Shown here in pieces: positions 1-8,848 of a stretch of 33,832 nucleotides of DNA. The stretch lies in assembly GCA_016840165.1 (NCBI GenBank), contig JAEOSU010000091.1, forward strand, positions 1 to 33,832, written 5' to 3'. How positions within the stretch are numbered: the first letter of the stretch is position 1; the number at the start of each line of letters is the position of its first letter. The notes under the pieces were generated by a model. The model was given only the letters and a program-made list of their open reading frames with translations. It ran no database searches and was not told the origin of the DNA. The position numbers were made by a program, and so were the translations under genes. The stretch is from Promethearchaeota archaeon (GTDB lineage Archaea; Asgardarchaeota; Lokiarchaeia; Sigyniarchaeales; SOKP01).

Positions 1-35
1 AAAAAAAAGAAAAATAAATTTTTACATTAATTTTA

Positions 36-779
36 TTACTCTCTTCCAGGTCTTATATATCCAAAATATGCTCCTAAAATACCAAGAAATACAAATATCC
101 ACGCTAAAAAGTAAAATAGTGTAAATCCTTGGCCACCCGCTAATATCGTTAATCTATCGATTAAAAAATTAAAAGGTACCAGTATAAAAAATAGTGACAT
201 AAGACTCAATGAAAGAAATGCCTTTTTAAACAAATCCTGTTCAGTTATTCTATAGGATTGATAAGAACGAACCATAAAAGGGAAATATATCATCGCCATG
301 AATATAAAAATTAAAAGAAAAGTAATAGCATCTAATAAAACATTGCCAGGTTCATATAGAAATAAGGAACAGAGAAAAGTAGCAAGAAACGTCGCTATCA
401 CAATAATCCTTTCGATAGTTATGTAACCTTTTTCAAATATTTTTACCTTTAGAACATAAGAAAGATAAATTGCAATCGAAAGTAAAACGAAGCTAATTCG
501 AAAATCGATAATTCTATAAATAATCCAGGAGATTAGTGTTCCAGGGTCTGGAAGATTTCGGTCCATGATAAAATCAATTCCAGAATATAATATCAGCACC
601 TTAGATAACCAAGAAAAAATAATTGCAATCGTGTAAAATAGGAAAATGATCAGTAGATATAATGTCAGTTCATGTCTTTTTTCTCTATATTTCAATAGAA
701 TTAAGACTAAAATAATAGCGGCACATATTATAATAACAGATTCAAAGACCATTCCAATGAATTGAGGGTCCATATCCAT
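36..779 (-). CDS. Hypothetical integral membrane protein, about 7 TM helices
   Basis: 247 aa with seven hydrophobic stretches separated by short charged loops; no catalytic motif; no Lys in the last helix, so not a rhodopsin. Confidence 0.75.
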   Translation of the reverse strand: MDMDPQFIGMVFESVIIICAAIILVLILLKYREKRHELTLYLLIIFLFYTIAIIFSWLSKVLILYSGIDFIMDRNLPDPGTLISWIIYRIIDFRISFVLLSIAIYLSYVLKVKIFEKGYITIERIIVIATFLATFLCSLFLYEPGNVLLDAITFLLIFIFMAMIYFPFMVRSYQSYRITEQDLFKKAFLSLSLMSLFFILVPFNFLIDRLTILAGGQGFTLFYFLAWIFVFLGILGAYFGYIRPGRE

Positions 780-869
780 TTTAACTATGAATTTGTATTT
801 ATATGTTCAGATTCCAAAATATAAATTAACAATCATAAATTTAGTTTAAAAAAATATTTTATAGAAAAA

Positions 870-1799
870 ATGAAAATTATTGAAAAAGAAATTCAAACGA
901 TTGTAAAAATCATTAGGAATGCAATCCGCATTACTGAATGGTTTAAAGAAGAAGGTTTTAAAACATACATAAAACAAGATCAATCTCCTGTCACCCTTGC
1001 AGATTATGCTTCACAAATTTATATCATTAGTAAATTGAAAGAATTATATCCTAAAGATTCGATTATTGCAGAAGAAACTTTTTCTTCTGAACTTAATAAT
1101 TATACTGAAAAAGTGATTCAATCGTGTTATAATAAATTGAACCTCTCCCTAAAGCCCAATATTAAAGAAATTCTAAATTATCGTGGTCCTAATTCTAAAA
1201 CAAGATGGTCAATTGATCCTATCGATGGAACTAAAGGATATCAAAAGGGTTTATCTTATGCAATAGGTGTAGGTTTGATCAATAATCAAGAAAAAAAGCT
1301 TAGTATAATTGGAGTGCCTAATTATAATACAGACGGAGTGGCCGTATTCGTTGCAAACAAGGGTAAGGGTGCTTTGACATCTTATGGCGAGAAAGATTTC
1401 GTTCCGATAAAAGTAAGCGAAACGAGAGACGTCAAAAAATCTGTACTCTGCCATTCATTACATTATGATGAGCCCTGGGTCATGAAATTAGCTAATAAAT
1501 TGGGTATAGAGAATTATATACAAATAGATAGTATGGCAAAATTTTGTATGGTAGCGGATGGTTCTGCAGATCTGTATATAAAACCAATGTATGTAGATCG
1601 CTCTTTCATTTGGGATTTTTTACCGGGAGACTTATTAGTAACGGAAGCTGGAGGTAAAGTGACTGACCTCAAGGGGGTGTCTCCAAATTACATTGATAAT
1701 AAATGTATGATATCAGCACCAGGTTTAGTGGTCTCAAATGGAATGTTCCATCAAGATATACTTGATACTATAAAAAATACTCCTAATATTATTGATTAA
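870..1799 (+). CDS. 3'(2'),5'-bisphosphate nucleotidase / inositol monophosphatase family (HAL2/SAL1-like)
   Basis: KQDQSPVTLADYASQ, IIAEE, WSIDPIDGTKG, IDSMAK and IWD motifs of the FIG/IMPase superfamily. Confidence 0.85.
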   Translation: MKIIEKEIQTIVKIIRNAIRITEWFKEEGFKTYIKQDQSPVTLADYASQIYIISKLKELYPKDSIIAEETFSSELNNYTEKVIQSCYNKLNLSLKPNIKEILNYRGPNSKTRWSIDPIDGTKGYQKGLSYAIGVGLINNQEKKLSIIGVPNYNTDGVAVFVANKGKGALTSYGEKDFVPIKVSETRDVKKSVLCHSLHYDEPWVMKLANKLGIENYIQIDSMAKFCMVADGSADLYIKPMYVDRSFIWDFLPGDLLVTEAGGKVTDLKGVSPNYIDNKCMISAPGLVVSNGMFHQDILDTIKNTPNIID

Positions 1800-1820
1800 A
1801 ATCGAAAGTGGCTAATTACA

Positions 1821-2906
1821 CTATACTTGAATATACTGGAGTAAATTAGTTTGATTATGATCTATGTTTATTTTTAGATTTGATAATTTTATGCCAACTA
1901 ACCTAACTTTCTTATTCTTATTTCTGAATTCCTTTAATAAGAGTATTATCACTTCAATCACTTTTCTTTTATTTCTAATATAGCTTTTCATACTAAATGA
2001 TCTTGTAAAGGTTTCAAAACCCTCAAACCTAATTTTTAATGTTATAGTACGATAAAAAACATTTTTCTTCTTTAATTTATTATGTATTTTATCATTAATT
2101 TCTTCAAGTTTTGATATTATTTCAGAATAATCATCGGTATCTTGATAAAATGTTCTTTCTTTACTGATAGACTTTCTTTCGTCATGAAATTCTTTCACTG
2201 CTCTCATGTCTAAACCATTAACAACATTCCATACCCATTCTCCATTTTTACCAAATTTTTCTGCCATTTGATGAAATGGCATTTCTATGATATCTCCGAT
2301 TTTATTGATACCATTCTTGTTATAATATACTTTCGACTTTTTCCCTATTCCTGGAATCCTCGTTATATCCATATCTTTTAAAAATTCTGCTCTATCCTCA
2401 TCTTTTACAATAGTGATTCCGTTAGGTTTATTATAATCTGAAGCAATTTTGGCTATGGATTTACTTGATGCACAGCCGATTGATAATGTTATACCAACTT
2501 TATTATAAATTTCTTGTTGAATCTTTTTTGCTATTTTTTCTGCTTGGTCAAATGAATTACAGATTTCTGACATATCAAGATATGCCTCATCTATACCCAT
2601 TTGCTGAAACACTGAAGAGAAAGAGTTTATTATCTTCATGACTTCTCTTGAAGTTTGGTAATATTTATCGTGGTTTGGATTTAAGAATACACCATGAGGA
2701 CATAATCTAAAGGCTTTCGAAATTGGCATCGCAGAATGCAATCCAAATTTCCTTGCTTCATAAGAACACGTAGCTACCACACCCCTACCTTTACCTCCTT
2801 TTGGATCAGCTCCAATAATAACGGGCTTATTTTTATAATCAGGATTATCTCGGATCTCAACGGCTGCAAAAAAACAATCTAAATCACAATGAAAGATTAT
2901 TCTCAA
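1821..2906 (-). CDS. dinB: DNA polymerase IV (Y-family, DinB/Dbh)
   Basis: HCDLDCFFAAVE, TCSYEARKFG, GIDEAYLD, AKIASDYNKPNG, IPGIGKK and a little-finger domain; TTG start. Confidence 0.95.
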   Translation of the reverse strand: MRIIFHCDLDCFFAAVEIRDNPDYKNKPVIIGADPKGGKGRGVVATCSYEARKFGLHSAMPISKAFRLCPHGVFLNPNHDKYYQTSREVMKIINSFSSVFQQMGIDEAYLDMSEICNSFDQAEKIAKKIQQEIYNKVGITLSIGCASSKSIAKIASDYNKPNGITIVKDEDRAEFLKDMDITRIPGIGKKSKVYYNKNGINKIGDIIEMPFHQMAEKFGKNGEWVWNVVNGLDMRAVKEFHDERKSISKERTFYQDTDDYSEIISKLEEINDKIHNKLKKKNVFYRTITLKIRFEGFETFTRSFSMKSYIRNKRKVIEVIILLLKEFRNKNKKVRLVGIKLSNLKINIDHNQTNLLQYIQV

Positions 2907-3120
2907 TATCTTTTCATCTTGTTGACAAATAATATCTAAAATATCACTAAAATAATGATAAGAGATCTTTTAAAAAATATGACTAGGTAGAATTATTAAT
3001 TCCTACAAGATAAACCCTATAGAATTAGCTTTCAAATCATCTAAAAGATAATATCGAATATTTTATTTTAATTAAAACTTTATAAGCCTTAATGATTAAA
3101 CATTTTTGAGATGAATATCT

Positions 3121-3801
3121 ATGGAAGATGATAATATTAATGATTTAAAAGAAGAAATTGTTAATGCAGGTAGAGATCTATTTAATAAAGGGGTTTTAGA
3201 GAATAATGAGGGCAACATTAGCCTAAGGATACCTAAAAAAGATGAACTGTTAATAACTCCTACCGGAAATAATTATCAAACATGTTCAGCTGATCAAGTA
3301 GTACATATGAAATTTGATGGTACTGCTATAAGTACGGGCAAATTACCCTCAACAGAGGTTAAATTGCATATAGCAATTTATAAATCCCGTCCTAAAGCTA
3401 AATGCATAATTCATACTCATTCCACTTATGCCTCAATGCTTTCGATTTTGAGAAAAGAGATTCCTATAATTATGGAAGAGCAAGTTGTATATCTTGGAGG
3501 AACTATAAATGTTTCGTCTTACGGGGAAGCTCATACTGATGAAATAAGTAAATCAGCATTAATTGCCTTGTCCTATAAAAATGGGGCTCTATTAGCCAAT
3601 CATGGAGTGATTGTATGTGGAAAGTCAATTCAAAATGCTGTTAAAAATGCAGAGTTGGTAGAAAAGCTGGCGAAAGTATATTGGGGAGCGTTACAGGTTG
3701 GCAATCCTCATATTCTGGATAAAATATCGTTAGAAAAATTTCAGAATATGTTTAAAAGATTGTTTTCAAATTGTCCCCGAAGTATGTTAAAAGATTTATA
3801 A
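3121..3801 (+). CDS. Class II aldolase/adducin family protein (FucA-like)
   Basis: EGNIS, LITPTG, PSTEVKLH, IIHTHSTYA and LLANHG Zn-binding motifs. Confidence 0.9.
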   Translation: MEDDNINDLKEEIVNAGRDLFNKGVLENNEGNISLRIPKKDELLITPTGNNYQTCSADQVVHMKFDGTAISTGKLPSTEVKLHIAIYKSRPKAKCIIHTHSTYASMLSILRKEIPIIMEEQVVYLGGTINVSSYGEAHTDEISKSALIALSYKNGALLANHGVIVCGKSIQNAVKNAELVEKLAKVYWGALQVGNPHILDKISLEKFQNMFKRLFSNCPRSMLKDL

Positions 3802-3818
3802 AAATATAGGACTTTATA

Positions 3819-4649
3819 ATGCTATTAGGAATTAGTACGTTAGGACATCTTAATGATTATACGGTAAATAATAAATCAAATGATCTATCAAAAAGTCTAC
3901 TTGAAGCCACGGAAGCATGTTTAAACTATGCAGAGGAAAAAGATATTAGGGTGGTAGAATTTGTTATCGAACCTCAGAGTTTTCTGAGAGGCGATTTAAA
4001 ACAAAAATTTATTGATCTCACTATGTCATATTCATTAAAAAAGCAAGTTCATGCTCCATATATCGATATAAACCTCTGTTCTCATAACTCAACGATTTCT
4101 CGAGCTTCAATAGACGCATATCTTGAAACTTATAATCTTTGCCAAGACTTAGAGATTAATTTGATGACTATTCACCCTGGATTAGCCAATTCTATGATAA
4201 AATCTCTTCAGGAATATAATAAACAGCAACTCTTATCAGCATTACATATTTTAATCGATTCAATTGATGATAAAGACTTTATTCTTTGTTTGGAAAATAT
4301 GCCAAAAAATACCAACATAATGCTTGATGATGTCAATATTTCAGAGATTTTTAATAATCTAAATAGGAAGGAGCTCTTTTTAACATATGATACTAGTCAT
4401 TATTACACAAATTCGGGAAATATTAGACTTCTCTGGAAAAAAATGCATAATAAAATAAGAAATGTCCATATTGTTGATAACTTTACAAAAGAGGAAGATC
4501 CCCATCCTCCTCTTGGAACTGGAACTATTAATTTTGAAAGAATACTTGATATTATTAAAAGCTATAATTACCAAGGATCTCTAATTATTGAATTATCTTC
4601 TCCCAAAGGATTGAACCAAAGCATCGAATATATCTCTAACTATTTATGA
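3819..4649 (+). CDS. Sugar phosphate isomerase/epimerase (xylose isomerase-like/AP-endonuclease-2 TIM barrel)
   Basis: VHAPYIDINL, TIHPG, LENMP, DTSH, VHIVDN, HPPLGTG and IIE motifs. Confidence 0.85.
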   Translation: MLLGISTLGHLNDYTVNNKSNDLSKSLLEATEACLNYAEEKDIRVVEFVIEPQSFLRGDLKQKFIDLTMSYSLKKQVHAPYIDINLCSHNSTISRASIDAYLETYNLCQDLEINLMTIHPGLANSMIKSLQEYNKQQLLSALHILIDSIDDKDFILCLENMPKNTNIMLDDVNISEIFNNLNRKELFLTYDTSHYYTNSGNIRLLWKKMHNKIRNVHIVDNFTKEEDPHPPLGTGTINFERILDIIKSYNYQGSLIIELSSPKGLNQSIEYISNYL

Positions 4650-4726
4650 TGAGGTTTAATTCTCCCTTTGTCTGTTTATAAAGATTCTTAAAAATTATTA
4701 ATCAATAATCTTTAATAGAACTTATA

Positions 4727-5119
4727 ATGAAGATCATTTCTTTACAAGTTACTGATGATCTATACGATAGATTTGAAAAAGTTAGAAATAATAGTGGATT
4801 CAATTCTAAAAGTGAAGCCTTAAGAGATGCTATAAACAAATTTATTGAGACTCATGAAAAGTTTGAGAATCTAGAGGGATACAAAATTATGGCTATTAAT
4901 TTGGTATATCCCTTCAAAGAACAAATTGCGGATGAAATTTCTGAATTATATCACAACTTTCATTCAATAATTAAAGCAGCAACCGATTGGCGGATTGCTG
5001 AAAAGAAAATTGAAAATATTTTGGTTGTTGGAGAATTTGGATTGATAAAAGATTTCTATCAAAGTTTAGCAAGAATTCGGGAGGTCATTTCTAGTATAAA
5101 TGAAATTTTAATCGATTAG
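4727..5119 (+). CDS. CopG/NikR-like ribbon-helix-helix transcriptional regulator
   Basis: N-terminal RHH (IISLQVTDDLYDRFE...SKSEALRDAI) plus a NikR-like C-terminal domain. Confidence 0.8.
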   Translation: MKIISLQVTDDLYDRFEKVRNNSGFNSKSEALRDAINKFIETHEKFENLEGYKIMAINLVYPFKEQIADEISELYHNFHSIIKAATDWRIAEKKIENILVVGEFGLIKDFYQSLARIREVISSINEILID

Positions 5120-5127
5120 CTTTCAAT

Positions 5128-5985
5128 TTAGAATCTCAAAGTTAAATCTATATGTTCAGATGGTCTTTGCGTTATTTCACTGGTACTAATAATATCTGGA
5201 CCTAACCGTGCATAATTAAGGATATTTTCCTGGGTTATATTACCTGATACCTCAATTAATACCTTGTCGCGTAATTTATTTTGTTTCAACAGATTTATTG
5301 CTTCTTCGACCATATCCGGTGTAAAGTTGTCAAACATAATGATATCAGCTCCACATCTTGCTGCTTCTAATGAATCTTCAACTTTTTCAACTTCAATTTC
5401 GATCTTTTTCGAGAAACTCGCGATTTTCTTGATCTCTGATAAAATTTTTGAAATATCACCATTGTAAAACTTAAGATGAGTATCTTTCAGAAGGATCATA
5501 TCGTCCAATGAGAATCGATGTGGATCTCCCCCTCCTATTATTGTAGCTTTTTTTTCAAATATTCTTAAACCCGGGGTAGTTTTTCGAGTACACGCTATTT
5601 TAACAGCCTTATTTGATTGGTTTATTATTGATACATACTTAAATGTCGTTGAGGTAATAGCACTCATATGAGCTACTAGATTGAGACCAACTCTTTCCCC
5701 TAATAAAATATTCCGTGTATTTCCATTCAATTCGGCTATAATATCATCTTTTTTAATGGAATCCCCATCTTTTTTCTTAAGAATAATTTTCACATCTAAT
5801 AAATTATAGAGAATTGTTAATTCTTCTAAGCCAGATATATAACCAATGCTTTTAGAAATAATTTTTGCTGAAGATACAGCATCTATAGGTATAGTAGAAG
5901 AACTTAAATCCAAGTAGCTGGAATCTTCCTCAAGAAATTCCCTAATTTTTCTTTCAATTAAAATTCTATTATAGCTCATTAGCAT
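5128..5985 (-). CDS. nadC: Nicotinate-nucleotide pyrophosphorylase (quinolinate phosphoribosyltransferase)
   Basis: ERVGLN, CTRKTTPGLR, HRFSLDDMILLKDTH, EIEVE, IMFDN and EVSGNI motifs. Confidence 0.95.
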   Translation of the reverse strand: MLMSYNRILIERKIREFLEEDSSYLDLSSSTIPIDAVSSAKIISKSIGYISGLEELTILYNLLDVKIILKKKDGDSIKKDDIIAELNGNTRNILLGERVGLNLVAHMSAITSTTFKYVSIINQSNKAVKIACTRKTTPGLRIFEKKATIIGGGDPHRFSLDDMILLKDTHLKFYNGDISKILSEIKKIASFSKKIEIEVEKVEDSLEAARCGADIIMFDNFTPDMVEEAINLLKQNKLRDKVLIEVSGNITQENILNYARLGPDIISTSEITQRPSEHIDLTLRF

Positions 5986-6041
5986 TAATCATTGAATTTA
6001 ATTTGAGTATTATTATTATAGAGTGGTAATTAATTAAAATT

Positions 6042-6680
6042 ATGCCAGATATACAACACTTATTTATTCCTAATAATGGGATTAAACTCGAAGCAGAGTT
6101 CTTTCCATCTAAAAATAAGTCTAATAAGTCCTGTGTATTAATTTGCCATCCACATCCTCAATTTGGAGGGGATATGTATAATAATGTTGTATCAAGTGTC
6201 TTTAAATCCTTGATAGATAATAATATTGCTGTTTTACGTTTTAACTTTAGGGGAGTCGGCAAATCTACGGGGCATCATACTAATGGAGAAGGTGAGGTAA
6301 GTGACGTGAAAGCATGCGTAGACTTTTTGATACATAACCTTAATATGGCGGTTATTTTCATATGTGGCTACTCTTATGGTGCGGCTATTGGATGTAGTAC
6401 TATTAATTATTCACAAAAAATTATTGGTTTTATCGCAATATCATTTCCATGGGATTTTATGGGTATTAAATATAAAAATAAATCCCAAACTAATAAACCT
6501 AAACTATTCATTCAAGGAAATAAGGATAATATAGCTCGTTTTGATGATTTTTTTCACTATTACAATGATTATGATGAACCCAAAAAATATGAAATCATAG
6601 ATGGTGCTGATCACTTCTATTGGGGCTATGAAAAACAAGTTTCTAAACTCGTTTATCAATTTTATAGATCTTTAAACTAA
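6042..6680 (+). CDS. Alpha/beta hydrolase
   Basis: CHPHPQFGGDM, RFNFRGVG, nucleophile elbow GYSYG, QGNKD and GADHF. Confidence 0.9.
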   Translation: MPDIQHLFIPNNGIKLEAEFFPSKNKSNKSCVLICHPHPQFGGDMYNNVVSSVFKSLIDNNIAVLRFNFRGVGKSTGHHTNGEGEVSDVKACVDFLIHNLNMAVIFICGYSYGAAIGCSTINYSQKIIGFIAISFPWDFMGIKYKNKSQTNKPKLFIQGNKDNIARFDDFFHYYNDYDEPKKYEIIDGADHFYWGYEKQVSKLVYQFYRSLN

Positions 6681-6684
6681 TTAC

Positions 6685-7719
6685 TTAAATTTTTAAAATA
6701 ACTTTCCCAAATTGTTCATGTTCGCTTAAATATTGTTCCGCTTCTATAATATTCTCTAAAGGAAATATTCTATCAATAATTGGCTTCAATTTACCTAGAA
6801 ATATTAAATTCATAACTTCTTGAAATTCTTTCTGATTACTCATAGTGGAACCAATAATTTTGACTTGTTTCCAAAAGATTTGTCTAAGATCAATTTCTGA
6901 TATTGGCCCGGTTGTAGCTCCGGGGATAACTAAGCGTCCACCTGGTTTTAATAGTCGAAGGCTACTATGAAAAGTCGCTTTTCCAACACTATCAATAATC
7001 ACATCAACACCTTGTTTCTTCGTTATTTCAGTATAAATATATTTATTATATTCGGGATCTTCAACATAATTTACAACATAATCTGCCCCTAATTCTAATG
7101 CTTTTTTCATTTTTTCTTTAGTACTAGTTGAAGTAATTACATTTGCTCCTAGATATTTAGCAATCTGGATGGTTGCGGATGAAACTCCTCCACCCGCTCC
7201 GTGTATAAATATAAATTCTTCTTCTTTTAACTCTGCTTGAGTAGTGAGCATTCTCCAAGCAGTTAAAAATGTTAAAGGCACGGCAGCAGCATCATCTAAC
7301 TGATAATTATCAGGAATTTTTATTGCATTAATCTCGGGTACTTTAAAATACTCTGCGAAGGTACCCCATTGATGTTCACCTAAAATAGAAAACTCTTTAC
7401 AAAAATTTTGTTTTCCAGACAAGCAAAATATGCATTTTCCACAGCTTAATCCGGGATTCACAGTAACCTTATCACCCACGTTTAATTGAGTAACTTCTGT
7501 TCCAATTTCTTTAATAATCCCACTTCCATCGCTTCCGATCACATGTGGGAGTGGAAGACTCAAACCCGGCCAACCTTTTATGATAAATATATCAATATGA
7601 TTTAGAGCACTGAATTTTGTTTCAATTAAAACTTCATTTGATTTGAGTTTAGGCGTAGGTAACTGTCCGATTTTCAATTGTTTTAAATTGCCATGTTCCT
7701 CTATAAATGCAGCTTTCAT
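6685..7719 (-). CDS. Zinc-binding MDR family dehydrogenase/quinone oxidoreductase-like
   Basis: Structural Zn motif CGKCIFC-x7-C and nucleotide-binding HGAGGGVS; catalytic Zn ligands absent (ALNHID, GSDGSG). Confidence 0.9.
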   Translation of the reverse strand: MKAAFIEEHGNLKQLKIGQLPTPKLKSNEVLIETKFSALNHIDIFIIKGWPGLSLPLPHVIGSDGSGIIKEIGTEVTQLNVGDKVTVNPGLSCGKCIFCLSGKQNFCKEFSILGEHQWGTFAEYFKVPEINAIKIPDNYQLDDAAAVPLTFLTAWRMLTTQAELKEEEFIFIHGAGGGVSSATIQIAKYLGANVITSTSTKEKMKKALELGADYVVNYVEDPEYNKYIYTEITKKQGVDVIIDSVGKATFHSSLRLLKPGGRLVIPGATTGPISEIDLRQIFWKQVKIIGSTMSNQKEFQEVMNLIFLGKLKPIIDRIFPLENIIEAEQYLSEHEQFGKVILKI

Positions 7720-7833
7720 AAATTATTGATTACTATTAATCCTTTTAAATATTCTAATTCTAAGTTATAAAAACAAATTTAAATTGAATTATAAAAACTA
7801 AATATCAATAATTAGGGTAAAACTTCAGTTTAT

Positions 7834-8232
7834 TTATATAGATGATAACTTTCGTAGATCCTCTGCTGAATTATCAACTGCCCAGTCCAATAATTGATCA
7901 AAATATTTTTCTACATCATCTGAATCTGGCGCTTTCGCTAATACGGCTAGTAAAAATTGTGTTTTTTCATCTGGCATGATTATATTTCGACAAACAATAA
8001 AATCATCTAGATATTTAATCTTAAGGCTACTCAACTGTGATAAATCTAATTCTTCAGAAGCCTTGTAAGCAGAGTCGCTTAGTAAGGATCCCATAGCTGC
8101 AACAACCCTTTCATCTATTTCATCAGATTTTTGCGATGCTAAAACCAATCCTGTGGAAGTTGCGAATAATGAAGCTCTGAAATTCCCATTTTCATTGAGT
8201 TCTTTAAGAACCATCTCGAGTCTGCTAACCAT
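7834..8232 (-). CDS. Roadblock/LC7 (LAMTOR-like) domain protein
   Basis: 132 aa with the roadblock pattern ASLFATSTGLVLAS...ERVVAAMGSLL...ASEEL. Confidence 0.8.
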   Translation of the reverse strand: MVSRLEMVLKELNENGNFRASLFATSTGLVLASQKSDEIDERVVAAMGSLLSDSAYKASEELDLSQLSSLKIKYLDDFIVCRNIIMPDEKTQFLLAVLAKAPDSDDVEKYFDQLLDWAVDNSAEDLRKLSSI

Positions 8233-8311
8233 AGAAATAATACAACTCTATAATATGATTAAATAATAAATAATATGAACTACTTAATATTTAATTTTAA
8301 CTTAATTCTTT

Positions 8312-8833
8312 TTATAGTTTTAAATTTATTAAATAAGTTGATAATATATCATTCTCATCAATACTCATCGTAATAACACTCGGTCTAGCTATCGGTTTAT
8401 TAAAACCCCGTTTCTCTGGAGGGGCTTTAGGATTTGTGGGGCTCCCAGGATTGATTAATAATGTGTTAAATGGCGTTCCTTCAATTAATGGTTGGTGAGT
8501 ATGACCAAATATTAATATGTGTATTTTTTTTTCTTGAAAAAATGCCTTTAGATTGGTCGGTTTCTCATGAATAACTCCGATCTTATATTTTCCAGCTGAA
8601 AGATCCAAGAATTTAGGCAAATCTTTAATTAGATCGCATTCCCCAGCGACTACACTCGTAGGAGCAATTTCATTTAATTTGATTAAAAAAGACTTAAGAC
8701 AGATATCTCCCGCATGGATAATTTTATCTACATTTCGAAAAATGTGCATTAATTGGCTAATTAGTAGATCTCTGCTTTTGGAATCGTTATTTGAAGTAAT
8801 ATGAGTATCAGAAATTATTCCATATTTAATCAT
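8312..8833 (-). CDS. YfcE/Vps29-family metallophosphoesterase
   Basis: ISDTH, IHAGD, VAGECD, IGVIH, FGHTH and INPGS motifs. Confidence 0.85.
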   Translation of the reverse strand: MIKYGIISDTHITSNNDSKSRDLLISQLMHIFRNVDKIIHAGDICLKSFLIKLNEIAPTSVVAGECDLIKDLPKFLDLSAGKYKIGVIHEKPTNLKAFFQEKKIHILIFGHTHQPLIEGTPFNTLLINPGSPTNPKAPPEKRGFNKPIARPSVITMSIDENDILSTYLINLKL

Positions 8834-8848
8834 TAGTTATAATTACCT

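Noticed and set aside
36-779. Microbial rhodopsin
   Set aside because: No retinal-binding Lys in helix 7 and no RYxDW-like helix 3 motif
4644-4655. Tandem TGA-TGA as possible selenocysteine recoding
   Set aside because: The TIM-barrel domain is complete at the stop, a TAA follows within a few codons, and no SECIS was seen
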